Shown here: positions 49,585 through 59,257 of the stretch, piece after piece
How the letters are laid out: each line of letters begins with the position of its first letter
How positions within the stretch are numbered: the first letter of the stretch is position 1
Assembly (NCBI GenBank): GCA_021824605.1
Contig: JAKAKH010000007.1
Span: 1-63,856 of the forward strand
Length of the DNA: 63,856 nucleotides
Direction of reading: 5' to 3'
Source: a bacterium
GTDB taxonomy: Bacteria; Patescibacteriota; Minisyncoccia; Phycocordibacterales; Phycocordibacteraceae
The notes under the pieces: model-generated
Seen by the model: the letters and a program-made list of their open reading frames with translations, nothing else
Databases searched by the model: none
What the model was told of the DNA's origin: nothing
Made by a program: the position numbers and the translations under genes

Positions 49585-50325
49585 ATGAAAGAAACGCGTC
49601 TTTGTATGGGTATGCCCATTGAGATTGAAATCGTCGGGACAGACGTATCGAAGCCTCTTGAGGCGGCTTTTGCATATTTGGCGGCTGTGGATGAGCGTTT
49701 TAGCACCTATAAAGAGACCAGTGAAATAGCACAAATGAATCGCGGTGAGGTCACGCTCGCGGCAGCAAGTGAAGATATGCGCGAGGTCTTTGCGATCGCT
49801 GAAGCGACAAAGCAAGAGACACAGGGGTACTTCGATATCCGTCGACCTGACGGGAACCTCGACCCATCAGGCATCGTGAAGGGCTGGGCGATTCGTAATA
49901 CCGCCGCACGCATACAGAAAGCGGGGTATGAAAATTACTTCGTTAATGCAGGTGGGGATATCGCGATGGGCGGCACAAATGCGGAGGGGAAAGACTGGAG
50001 TGTGGGTATTCGTAATCCATTCAATACGAATGAAATTGTGAAGGTCGTATATCCGCGAGGAAAGGGTATTGCAACCTCCGGTTCGTATATCCGCGGCGCG
50101 CATATCTATAACCCGCATATGCCAGAAGAAGAGCTGACGGATATCGTGAGCATTACCGTCATTGGTCCTGACGTGCTCGAGGCGGACCGTTTTGCAACAG
50201 CAGCTTTTGCTATGGGGAGACAGGGCATCGCCTTTATCGAGCGGCTCCCCGCTTTTGAGGGGTATGCGATCGGCGCGTCAGGCATCGCGACGATGACCAG
50301 CGGTTTTCGCACCTATACACAGTAG
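49585..50325 (+). CDS. apbE: FAD:protein FMN transferase ApbE
   Basis: MG, FSTY...SEI, DPSGIVKGWA, NAGGDI, ATSG.Y, HIYNP, AD.FATA. Confidence 0.9.
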   Translation: MKETRLCMGMPIEIEIVGTDVSKPLEAAFAYLAAVDERFSTYKETSEIAQMNRGEVTLAAASEDMREVFAIAEATKQETQGYFDIRRPDGNLDPSGIVKGWAIRNTAARIQKAGYENYFVNAGGDIAMGGTNAEGKDWSVGIRNPFNTNEIVKVVYPRGKGIATSGSYIRGAHIYNPHMPEEELTDIVSITVIGPDVLEADRFATAAFAMGRQGIAFIERLPAFEGYAIGASGIATMTSGFRTYTQ

Positions 50326-50363
50326 ATAATTTGTGGTATTTTCTCAACAGAAAGGAGCTCCGT

Positions 50364-50552
50364 ATGTCTGACTCATTCAAGTACTGTGAGTGCGGGCGAC
50401 CAATTCGAGTAAGGAATGTGCGACACAAATGGATACGGCCCAGGAGGGATCACGACCAATGCAATCAATGTTTCCGGGCGATTCTTGGATTGCCGCATCA
50501 TACCGCCTTCCGCAGGTCATCCGCACCCCGCAAGCCCACGAGAAGCCCATAA
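50364..50552 (+). CDS. Small basic protein with CxC...CxxC (putative Zn-binding), 62 aa
   Basis: SD gaaaggag, CECG and CNQC; terminator over its stop codon. Confidence 0.55.
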   Translation: MSDSFKYCECGRPIRVRNVRHKWIRPRRDHDQCNQCFRAILGLPHHTAFRRSSAPRKPTRSP

Positions 50553-50572
50553 TTCGTGGGCTTCTCTTTTTT
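50540..50572 (+). terminator. Intrinsic terminator
   Basis: gagaagccca-N7-tgggcttctc followed by a T tract. Confidence 0.75.
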
Positions 50573-50596
50573 CTACTATACTATTGAAGCAATACT

Positions 50597-51616
50597 ATGA
50601 TGCCACTTGATCGAAATGAGAGTTACTGGCTGCTTGATGATGAGTTGGTTGGGGCTGTGCAGGCTCCGAAAATGCAGGAGCTCTCAACGTACCCAGAGTA
50701 TGACGAGTTGAAGGGCGCACTCGCACAGTATGCGGGTGTTACCTCAGGACAGGTGCTTATCACCCCTGGTTCGGTGACAGCAATAGAATATATCGCACGT
50801 GTATATGCGAAAAAAGAAGAGGCAATTTTACCGGTACCAACTTTCTATTGTTACGAGTCAATTCTTGAGAGTGTGGATGCAAAAATTCTGCCTATTGCAT
50901 ACGAAGAACAAAATGGTTCCTTCGTATTTCCTCTTCAAAAAACAATAGAAGCGCTTGAGCGCGATTCGACAAAAATACTTTTTCTCTGTCATCCGAATAA
51001 TCCGCTTGGCTGCTCGCTCTCTGCAGCCGACATTTCGGCGCTCGTAGCTGCCGCACGAAGAAGTAAGGCTCTGATTGTTTCTGATGAAGCCTATTTTGAG
51101 TTCTCTACAGGAACAACTTTCTTGCCATATCTCTCAGAGTTACCGAATTTGATTATCATCCGTACTCTTTCGAAGGCGTTTGCGCTTTCAGGTGCGCGTG
51201 TGGGGTATGTTATTGCGGCTCCAGAGATTGTGAAGGAAATAGAGAAGATTATATTGCCTTGGCCAGTAGCGTATCAGAGTGTGACTGCCGCACTTACTCT
51301 TCTTGCTCAGGCCGATAAAGTGAAAGTGCGTCGCGATGCGGTCATCGCTGAACGTGAGCATTTCATACAGGAATTGAGGAAGATCTCGGGCATCATCGTA
51401 TATCCGTCTGAGACCAATTTTGCTCTCGTGCGCGTGCCGGATGCTGCGCGTATTCGCGACGCTCTCTTCGCGCAAGGTATCCGTGTAGCTCTAGGAGAAC
51501 CGATGAGTCATGTTCCTGAAGCAAAAATGCTTCTCAGAGATACGCTTCGTATCGCAGTGCCTGATCCAGAATCAAAAATTTATTTGCTTGAGAAACTGCG
51601 AGAATACTTTCATTAA
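50597..51616 (+). CDS. PLP-dependent class I/II aminotransferase (HisC-like)
   Basis: PNNPLG, DEAYFEF, RTLSKAFALSGARVGY, PSETNF. Confidence 0.9.
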   Translation: MMPLDRNESYWLLDDELVGAVQAPKMQELSTYPEYDELKGALAQYAGVTSGQVLITPGSVTAIEYIARVYAKKEEAILPVPTFYCYESILESVDAKILPIAYEEQNGSFVFPLQKTIEALERDSTKILFLCHPNNPLGCSLSAADISALVAAARRSKALIVSDEAYFEFSTGTTFLPYLSELPNLIIIRTLSKAFALSGARVGYVIAAPEIVKEIEKIILPWPVAYQSVTAALTLLAQADKVKVRRDAVIAEREHFIQELRKISGIIVYPSETNFALVRVPDAARIRDALFAQGIRVALGEPMSHVPEAKMLLRDTLRIAVPDPESKIYLLEKLREYFH

Positions 51617-51645
51617 TTTGAATATCGTGGTATATATAAGGCTTA

Positions 51646-53181
51646 ATGAGTCTGAGTAAGACGAAGTTAGTACTTCCCGCCGCACTTATTAAACCGGTTG
51701 CGCGTGGTATGGCCGAGCGAGTGCGTACCTCTGATTCCTTGACGTGGATGCGTCTCCGCTCACGAAATTCTTTGGCCCTTTTTCATGATGTTGCGAAAAG
51801 GGTCCCTGCGTACCGTGATTTTTTAAAAGAGCATGGCGTAAAAGCGGAAAAAATTCATTCTCGAGAAGATTTTGAAAAAATTCCAGTGACGAGTAAGATT
51901 TCATATTTGAAAAAATATTCGCTTGAGAAACTTTGTTGGGACGGCATAATTGGCCGTCCCACTGTTTTTTCATCAACATCCGGTTCGACCGGAAAACCTT
52001 TCTATTTTCAGCGACTCTCGAACCTTGAAGAAGAATACTCAATACTCGCTGAGCTTTTTCTTGGGAATGGTGCGTATGCCCCGGGGCCGAAGAATCCGAC
52101 ACTTGTCATTGTCGGGTTCGGGATGGGTGTGTGGATTGGAGGAACACTCACGTACCGTGCATTTGATATTGCGAGTCGTCGTGCATATCCTGTCTCCATA
52201 CTTCCCGCCGGAGTGAATAAAACAGAAATTCTGAAAGCACTCCACGAACTCGCACCCTCATTCAAACAAACCATTCTTATTGGATATCCCCCTTTTGTGA
52301 AGGATATTATTGACGAGGCGGAGTATGAAGGTATTGACCTCAAGTCACTTAATATGCGCCTCTTTTTTGCCGCGGAAGCTTTCTCGGAGCGATTTCGGGA
52401 TTATTTGGCTCAGAAAGTTGGTATAAAGAATGTGTATCGCGACACATTGAATATCTACGGTACGGCTGATATTGGTGCGATGGCATTTGAGACTCCTACG
52501 GCAATCCTTATTCGCCGGTTGGCAATGGAAAATAAGCAGATATTCACGCGGATCTTCGGCGATGTGCAGAAGACTCCAACTCTAGCGCAGTACAATCCAG
52601 CGTTCGTCTCATTTGAGGCGCCAGAAGGAGAAATTCTTCTTACCGGGTACAGTGCCATTCCGCTCATTCGTTATGCTGTTGGTGATCGTGGTGGGGTACA
52701 TAGTTATGATGAATTGAAATCTATTTTTGCTGAATCAGGCATTAATCTCGAAAAAGAAGCTAAGCTACGCGACGTCCCGCTTTACGAACTCCCGTTTGTC
52801 TATGTATATGAACGTTCAGATCTCGCAACAACACTTTACGGACTTCAGATTTACCCTGAGTATTTACGTGATGTTATGATGAGTGATTTTATGCAACGCC
52901 TTTGCACGGGCAAGTTTCAGATCATGACAAAGTACGATGAAAAGGAGAATCAATACCTCGAAATAAATATTGAACAGAAAAGAGGTGTTGAGGTTGTTCC
53001 GGGGGCTTTTATAAACAAGGCAGAAGCCGCCATAGAGAAAGCATTTAGAGACAAGAGTTCGGAGTACAAAGAACTCGCCTCATTCGTAAATGATCGACCG
53101 CTCTTCAAGCTCATGTTTCGTACAATGGGTGATCCAGAATTCTTTCCTTCCGGTATCAAACAGAAGTGGGTGAAGAAGTAA
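51646..53181 (+). CDS. PaaK/F390-synthetase-like adenylate-forming ligase
   Basis: RVPAY..FL, STSGSTGKP, GYPPF, IYGTAD, PLIRY..GD. Confidence 0.85.
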   Translation: MSLSKTKLVLPAALIKPVARGMAERVRTSDSLTWMRLRSRNSLALFHDVAKRVPAYRDFLKEHGVKAEKIHSREDFEKIPVTSKISYLKKYSLEKLCWDGIIGRPTVFSSTSGSTGKPFYFQRLSNLEEEYSILAELFLGNGAYAPGPKNPTLVIVGFGMGVWIGGTLTYRAFDIASRRAYPVSILPAGVNKTEILKALHELAPSFKQTILIGYPPFVKDIIDEAEYEGIDLKSLNMRLFFAAEAFSERFRDYLAQKVGIKNVYRDTLNIYGTADIGAMAFETPTAILIRRLAMENKQIFTRIFGDVQKTPTLAQYNPAFVSFEAPEGEILLTGYSAIPLIRYAVGDRGGVHSYDELKSIFAESGINLEKEAKLRDVPLYELPFVYVYERSDLATTLYGLQIYPEYLRDVMMSDFMQRLCTGKFQIMTKYDEKENQYLEINIEQKRGVEVVPGAFINKAEAAIEKAFRDKSSEYKELASFVNDRPLFKLMFRTMGDPEFFPSGIKQKWVKK

Positions 53182-53184
53182 AAT

Positions 53185-53964
53185 TCAATTCTTCTTTTTT
53201 CGTATTTGTTTGTCGAGTCGTCCTGCTTCTTCCCACGCAAGTCTGAAGAGACTTTTCATAACATTCGCTACATCTCGACTTTGAATGATCACCCCGAATT
53301 CTTCCACTATAGAAATGAATACAATTTTATCTGTGTATATGCGTAATTCAGAAGGGAATGAATATATGTTAGCAGGAACATATCGTACTTCCGATCTGCT
53401 CTTTTTATCGAGAGTCACATCCTCAACTGTCTTTTTATAAGGAGAAATTATCTTTGTCTTATATCTGCACAGAATATTTTTTCTCTTCAAAAAAGAAGAC
53501 GATGAATCCAAGTATGCTTTTGGTGAAGGTAGGAATGCGTACACCTCAGTACTTCGTGGCTGCATCAATAAATCATTGTTAACAGTGCGTATTCCACCAG
53601 TTCCTTCATAAAATAAAATATGTGGCTGAACTTTTAATTTTTCAGATACTGAGAGAAGTTCAGGAAGCAATGAATTCATTTCTTCTTCTTGACGAAGTGA
53701 ATTCTGTGCTAATTCATCAGCTCGCGCTACGAGTCTCTCTGGGGAGATTGCATGATATTTAAAGACCCCATTGTATTGTGATTGTTCTACAATTCCTCGT
53801 TCTATCAACGCTTCAAGTAGGACGTATGTTGATGACCGATTGAGATTTGCACTCCTTGCGATTTCGTGCGCGCCTGCAGAACCTATATCAAGTAATATTT
53901 GATACAAGACCGCTTCTTTTTTTGAAAGCCCGAATTCTTGAAGACATGAAAGTAGATTGCTCAT
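53185..53964 (-). CDS. TrmB-family regulator
   Basis: FGLSKKEA..Y..LL, NRSSTYVLLE.L, FYEG..GI, IY.DKI. Confidence 0.85.
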   Translation of the reverse strand: MSNLLSCLQEFGLSKKEAVLYQILLDIGSAGAHEIARSANLNRSSTYVLLEALIERGIVEQSQYNGVFKYHAISPERLVARADELAQNSLRQEEEMNSLLPELLSVSEKLKVQPHILFYEGTGGIRTVNNDLLMQPRSTEVYAFLPSPKAYLDSSSSFLKRKNILCRYKTKIISPYKKTVEDVTLDKKSRSEVRYVPANIYSFPSELRIYTDKIVFISIVEEFGVIIQSRDVANVMKSLFRLAWEEAGRLDKQIRKKKN

Positions 53965-54740
53965 GGAAATTTCTCGCCCAACCCCTGAGCTTCTTTAATT
54001 GCAAGATCAAATATCACCTTCATCAATTCAGCAATCTGTCTACTCTTTACAAATGCTGTAAACAGGAATGTATGTGACATAAAGACTGTTTTGTCGTCGT
54101 AAATACCAAGGTCTGCAGGGAACTGATATTTATCCTCGGGAATGAAGTAATGTTTGTCGAGGGATTTAGATACAGGCATGCTTTTGAACGCGTTCATGCT
54201 GTGAGGTTCTGCTGGGTGAATACCGACCATACTCACAGATTTCTCCATACGCTTTTGAACGTATGTTGACAAGTACTCTGGTATAGTTCTAAAAATATCA
54301 GGACCGGAGGAAATGACCCTCATGGGCCCTTCTTTTAAAGAAAGGCTGTCTTCAAATCCTTCTATTAGACCCTGTCGCCCCTCAAGTACAGTAACTTTCG
54401 GTCGATAATACGCCCCGCGATGTTTGGAAGAAAGTGTCGGAAGCATGTTTCGCAGGTTCTTGCTGAGCATCTCGTGTCTCTCGGTCTGCTCTTTTGCTAG
54501 CTGTAGAAGGCGTTCAGGCGGTGCGGCCACATATTTTCTGATTCCATGAGTAGCTCCAATGCTTACAATCCCTCGTTTAATAAGTCGTTCGAGAACCACG
54601 TAAGTTGAGCTGCGGTTTATATCGGCCTCTTTACTAATTGTCTGGACTGTTGCTTCACTAAAAGATAGAAGTGCAAGGTAGACTCGCGCATCCTTTTCGG
54701 GAAGTCCAAGTGCTGAGAGCCGTTTAACGAGGGGTGTCAT
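53961..54740 (-). CDS. TrmB-family regulator
   Basis: LGL.EK.A.VYLALL, NRSSTYVVLE.L, EG..GL, IYDDK. Confidence 0.85.
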   Translation of the reverse strand: MTPLVKRLSALGLPEKDARVYLALLSFSEATVQTISKEADINRSSTYVVLERLIKRGIVSIGATHGIRKYVAAPPERLLQLAKEQTERHEMLSKNLRNMLPTLSSKHRGAYYRPKVTVLEGRQGLIEGFEDSLSLKEGPMRVISSGPDIFRTIPEYLSTYVQKRMEKSVSMVGIHPAEPHSMNAFKSMPVSKSLDKHYFIPEDKYQFPADLGIYDDKTVFMSHTFLFTAFVKSRQIAELMKVIFDLAIKEAQGLGEKFP

Positions 54741-54994
54741 GCCGTTCCAACAGATAGAAAATTGATTCATCCATTTGTTGTCATACATTAGCAACAATAT
54801 TGAATATAATCAAGTCAATATGTGTTTAAAATCGATTCAATTTATCATGACATTTTAACTCTCATTTCGACGGCTTCTTCAAAATGGTTGTTTTTTGTTG
54901 ACAACATATTCAATCAGAACAAACTACGTACAGACTGTTCTTTGTCACGGATTGGCCGTAACCGAGTGGCAGTCGTTTTCCTTGGAAGGTTTGT

Positions 54995-55159
54995 ATGGAC
55001 CATACTTATGGATTCCCGTGGAGCAATAGCTCCCCTCCGATGGGTGGTTTCGATAGCGACGGCATCGACTCTGGTGGTGATCGTCTGTTTGCAAGCGGCG
55101 GTTGCGACGGCGACGGCAGCTGCGGCAATGGCGGTGAAGGCGTCGGTTGCGGGCACTAA
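54995..55159 (+). CDS. Putative RiPP-like precursor, 54 aa: MDHTYGFPWSNSSPPMGGFDSDGIDSGGDRLFASGGCDGDGSCGNGGEGVGCGH (not in ORF track)
   Basis: ggaagg SD, ATG 54995, TAA 55159, upstream TTGACA at 54898, terminator right after. Confidence 0.7.
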   Translation: MDHTYGFPWSNSSPPMGGFDSDGIDSGGDRLFASGGCDGDGSCGNGGEGVGCGH

Positions 55160-55169
55160 CCGCTGACCG

Positions 55170-55208
55170 AAGGGCTGTTATCTTGAAAGATAACAGCCCT
55201 TACTTTTT
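55170..55208 (+). terminator. Intrinsic terminator after the 54-aa peptide
   Basis: aagggctgttatct ... agataacagccctt followed by a T-rich tail. Confidence 0.85.
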
Positions 55209-55246
55209 AACAGTGTTTCAAAATATATAAGTTTATAATCAATAAA

Positions 55247-57037
55247 ATGAATACAGCATATAGCATCGAAGATTTTCTAGAAGTAAAATCTGCTGGAGGT
55301 GCAAATTTTAGCCATGATGGCACGCGAGTTGTGTACCTGAGTAACGTTACGGGCACGTCTCAAATTTTCCTTGTGTCTGTTGATGATGAAGATCCTGAAC
55401 AGCTTACAGACTTCCAAGACCCTGTTTCTTTCGTGCAATTTTCTCCGACAGAGGATGTGCTCATATTTGGGAAAGCGGAGGGCGGCAACGAGCGGACGCA
55501 ATTCTATTTGCTAGATCTAGATACTCGGCAAGTCACTGACATCACCGCAAGGCCTGGCGTGAGACATGACTTTGGGGCATGGGCCCCAGACGGAACGAGT
55601 ATTTGCTTCGCATCAAATGAAAGAAATGGAAAAGATTTTGACGTATATGTTATGAATATTGCTACGTTTAAGAAACGCCGAATTTTCGATGATGGAGGGT
55701 GGTATGTGGCAGAAGGATTCTCTCCGCAAGCTACATACGTGGCTGCGCGGAAGAAACATTCGGCAGCGAATACAGATATATATCTTTACAATCTTAAGAC
55801 TGACAATGTCGAGTACATCACTCCGCACGACGGGAATGTATTTTACGCGAATCTTCTTTGGCTTCCTGATGAGTCTGCTTTTTTTCTCGTACAGGACCAA
55901 GATAGAGAATTCAAGGGTCTCGCGCGCTATTCGCTTGCTGAGAGAAGATTTCAGCATGTCCTTACTCCAGATTGGGACGTCGAAGACGCCGTCATAGATC
56001 GGGCCGGTAAGAATATAGCTGTCATCGTAAATGAGGAAGGATATGAACGAATGATGATATATGATACTTCAGGATTTGAAGTGCATTCATGCCATTTGCC
56101 CACTGGCAATATTTATAGAGCAAGATTTTCTGAGAATGGGTTGCAAATCGTGTTTAGTCTGGGTGACTCCTGTCGGACATCGGATATATGGATTCTTGTC
56201 TTACAGACAGGAGAATCGCATCAGCTCACTCATAGCCACCAAGACGTCCCGCCTGAGACAATGGTTGATCCGGAACTCATTCATTTCATTTCATTCGATG
56301 GGCTCTCAGTCCCGGCTTTTGTCTATAGGCCGAAAGGAGTTAGGCAGGGAATGAAGACCCCGGTAATTATCAATATTCATGGTGGTCCTGAGGAGCAGTA
56401 TCAGCCGATATATCAGCCAGTAATACAGTATCTAGTACACAATGGATATGCGGTGATTGCACCGAATGTACGTGGTAGCTCGGGCTACGGAAAATCATAC
56501 ATGGCACTCGATAATGTGGAGAAACGTTTGGATTCGGTGAAGGATATCGTTGCATTACGCGACTATATTGCCGATATGCCTGATATGGATGCTGCAAAAA
56601 TTGCGTTATATGGAGCAAGTTATGGAGGATTCATGGTTCTCGCGTGTATGGCATTTTATCCGAGACTTTGGGCTGCTGGAGTCGATATAGTAGGTATCGT
56701 GAATTTTGTTACATTTCTTGAGAACACGGCTTTGTATCGTCGTGCACTGCGAGAAGCTGAATACGGCTCGCTAGAGAAGGATAGGGGGTTTCTGGAAAAG
56801 ATCTCCCCCATACACTCGATTGAAAATATAAAAGCGCCGCTACTGTTGATTCACGGTGTGAATGACCCAAGGGTTCCAATTTCTGAAGCAGAGCAAGTAG
56901 TCGCGAGACTTAAGGAGATAGGCAGGTACGTTGAATTGCTCGTATATCCAGACGAGGGGCATGGGATTACAAAGCTTCAGAATAAGCTCGATGCGTATCC
57001 AAAGGCAATTGAGTTTCTAGATAAGGCATTAGCATAA
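55247..57037 (+). CDS. S9-family (prolyl oligopeptidase/acylaminoacyl peptidase-like) serine peptidase
   Basis: Beta-propeller repeats; IHGGP, NVRGSSGYG, GASYGG, NDPRV, DEGHG. Confidence 0.93.
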   Translation: MNTAYSIEDFLEVKSAGGANFSHDGTRVVYLSNVTGTSQIFLVSVDDEDPEQLTDFQDPVSFVQFSPTEDVLIFGKAEGGNERTQFYLLDLDTRQVTDITARPGVRHDFGAWAPDGTSICFASNERNGKDFDVYVMNIATFKKRRIFDDGGWYVAEGFSPQATYVAARKKHSAANTDIYLYNLKTDNVEYITPHDGNVFYANLLWLPDESAFFLVQDQDREFKGLARYSLAERRFQHVLTPDWDVEDAVIDRAGKNIAVIVNEEGYERMMIYDTSGFEVHSCHLPTGNIYRARFSENGLQIVFSLGDSCRTSDIWILVLQTGESHQLTHSHQDVPPETMVDPELIHFISFDGLSVPAFVYRPKGVRQGMKTPVIINIHGGPEEQYQPIYQPVIQYLVHNGYAVIAPNVRGSSGYGKSYMALDNVEKRLDSVKDIVALRDYIADMPDMDAAKIALYGASYGGFMVLACMAFYPRLWAAGVDIVGIVNFVTFLENTALYRRALREAEYGSLEKDRGFLEKISPIHSIENIKAPLLLIHGVNDPRVPISEAEQVVARLKEIGRYVELLVYPDEGHGITKLQNKLDAYPKAIEFLDKALA

Positions 57038-57183
57038 TTTAGTATCATTGGTTCGATACTGACATACGTTCAGCCCACGGAGTTTCTGAGTCAGGAACTT
57101 TAGATCATCAACGATGGTTCATTTCTTTAGACTCACTAAAGCATATTTAAATTGCAGTTTAACTTTTATGTTAAACTTTGTCT

Positions 57184-58203
57184 ATGATGTTTTCGTCGGC
57201 AGGTGATTTCGAACAGAAATTTCCATTTCAGAAAGAAATTTCCGAACAGATATATTTCTTGCTTGCGGCTGCCACTCGTGCACCCTCAACACATAATAGT
57301 CAGCCATGGCGATTTAAAATCGAGAGTGATCGACTTTTTGTTTATCGAGACACAAGCATTAAGTTTCCACATTCGGATTCGGTGAATCGATACGCATATA
57401 TCAGCATTGGATTTCTTCTCCATCACATAGAGACGCTGAGTTCGTGGCTTTCTATGAATCCACACATTACTCCTGTGAATAAGGATGATTGTGTTGCAGA
57501 GATTACATTTTCTCCTGCAATAAAGAGTGAAAGTACCCCCTCTCTTGTCGCAGCGATTTTCAGACGAAGGAATCGTCGCGGCAACTTTGAACCGAAGGTT
57601 ATTCCGCAAGAAGTACTCGGTGAAGCGGCTAGTGCCGAGGGTTCACCCTTTGGTTCTCCAGAAATTACGATTGCTACCAACAGGGACGTCCTTGCGAATA
57701 TTGCTGAGGCAACTTCGATCAACATGAAGCGCGTATATAAGAATCCGGCGTTTCGTCGCGAAATGGCGGCGTGGATTACACCGAATAATTCATCACGAAA
57801 GAGTGGTATCCCCGGGTACTCGCTTAATCAATCTATGGTAATGAGCTGGATACTTCCAAAAATCATTCGGTTTATAAATATGGGCAAGGTGCTTGCTGGC
57901 CTAAACAGGGCAGCAATAGTTTCGGCACCCGCTGCGTTTGGTTTCGGCGCTCCCGATTATCCAGATGGCTGGGTCTCAGTCGGTTTCGCTGCTTCCCATG
58001 CAGCTCTCACGCTCGTAGCGCATAATTTCGATTACGCGGTATTTGTCGCCTCAATCGAATACGACGATACTCGCCAATCTGTAGGAGAAATTTTCGGCCT
58101 CCATCAGCCACTTGAATTTCTTTTTGTGGCAGGAACTCTTTTCGGGGAAGCTTCGTGGATGACTCCACGAATATCAGTTGATGATAAACTTATGAAATCA
58201 TGA
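57184..58203 (+). CDS. Acg-type nitroreductase-superfamily FMN protein
   Basis: RAPSTHNSQPWRF, IFRRRNRR, FRREMAAWI. Confidence 0.82.
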   Translation: MMFSSAGDFEQKFPFQKEISEQIYFLLAAATRAPSTHNSQPWRFKIESDRLFVYRDTSIKFPHSDSVNRYAYISIGFLLHHIETLSSWLSMNPHITPVNKDDCVAEITFSPAIKSESTPSLVAAIFRRRNRRGNFEPKVIPQEVLGEAASAEGSPFGSPEITIATNRDVLANIAEATSINMKRVYKNPAFRREMAAWITPNNSSRKSGIPGYSLNQSMVMSWILPKIIRFINMGKVLAGLNRAAIVSAPAAFGFGAPDYPDGWVSVGFAASHAALTLVAHNFDYAVFVASIEYDDTRQSVGEIFGLHQPLEFLFVAGTLFGEASWMTPRISVDDKLMKS

Positions 58204-59255
58204 CAAGCAATTTCTCCGTTCGGATTTTTGATCCTCGCAAGACTGAAGACGCGGGCGAAATAACACGCCTTCGTGAAGAGGGATATGTTTTTGTCGATAC
58301 ATATGATGAACAAATCATGGAGCTTCGAGAGATACGTGATCCTCAGGCGGCAGGACAGACCCCAGCTCCGCTCTCTGATGATCCAGAAGAACGAGTGGTC
58401 GAGTATCCATGGCGTCAGACATTAGTCCGGATTGTTGGACCCGATGCTTACTTTGAATTGCGTACGAATAGAAATCATGAATTGCTTACAGTAGAGGAGC
58501 AAAAGCGTTTTGCAGCATCTCGCATTGGATTTGCGGGACTTAACGTTGGTAACCCGGGTGCAGTTTGTGTTGCGCTTGAGGGAGGATCGCATGCGATGAA
58601 GTTGACGGATTTCGATACTCTCTCATTGACTAATCTAAATCGATTCCGTGCCGGTCTTCCTGATCTTGGAGTGAACAAGGCAACGCTTACCGCTCGACAA
58701 ATACTCGAAATCGATCCTTATTATGAGATTGAATTGCACGATAAGGGTCTTTCACCATCCACGGTTGGTTCGTTCTTAAGTGAACCAAAGATTGATCTTC
58801 TTGTCGAAGAAATGGATGCACTTCCACTTAAGATTGCTGTTCGTGAAGAGGCTCGTCGACAAAAGATCCCGGTTGTTATGGTTACTGGGAATGGGGAGGG
58901 AATATTGCTTGACATCGAACGATATGATCTTGAGCCAGATCTACCCATTTTGAATGGTCTTCTCAGAGAGACAATAATCTCTGCTATTCACGATCCAATG
59001 ATTAAAACACTTTCGAAACGCAGTAAGGCACACCTCGCTCGTGATTTTATGGGAGTTCAGTATCTTGATTCCCGTCTAAATGATTCGTTTGAGTCATTCG
59101 GAATAGCTCTTGCAGGCATACCACAACTTGCCGAATCTTCTTTCCTGCGCGGCGCGGCACTTTGTTATGCTGCAAAAGCAATAATTCTGGGACGCAATCT
59201 TCCTTCAGGTCGCTACTCATTCTCGTTCTCCAGAAATCTTTCTCCCGTTTCATAA
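58200..59255 (+). CDS. ThiF/E1-like adenylyltransferase (Rv1355c/MoeY N-terminal-half type)
   Basis: YPW, LRTNRN, GFAGLNVG, DFDTLSLTNLNR, GVNKA, EIDPY, EEMD, DIERYD, PQL. Confidence 0.87.
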   Translation: MTSNFSVRIFDPRKTEDAGEITRLREEGYVFVDTYDEQIMELREIRDPQAAGQTPAPLSDDPEERVVEYPWRQTLVRIVGPDAYFELRTNRNHELLTVEEQKRFAASRIGFAGLNVGNPGAVCVALEGGSHAMKLTDFDTLSLTNLNRFRAGLPDLGVNKATLTARQILEIDPYYEIELHDKGLSPSTVGSFLSEPKIDLLVEEMDALPLKIAVREEARRQKIPVVMVTGNGEGILLDIERYDLEPDLPILNGLLRETIISAIHDPMIKTLSKRSKAHLARDFMGVQYLDSRLNDSFESFGIALAGIPQLAESSFLRGAALCYAAKAIILGRNLPSGRYSFSFSRNLSPVS

Positions 59256-59257
59256 AT

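Noticed and set aside
54822..55166. ORF-track 114-aa (+) and 80-aa (-) Ala/Val-rich ORFs
   Set aside because: Shadow frames of the Gly-rich 54995-55159 ORF; the + one runs across the promoter region
57184..59255. Thiazole/oxazole (LAP/TOMM) biosynthesis or molybdopterin/thiamine sulfur transfer
   Set aside because: No YcaO is present, and there is no ThiS/MoaD carrier or moa/thi genes; the ThiF protein resembles the Rv1355c type
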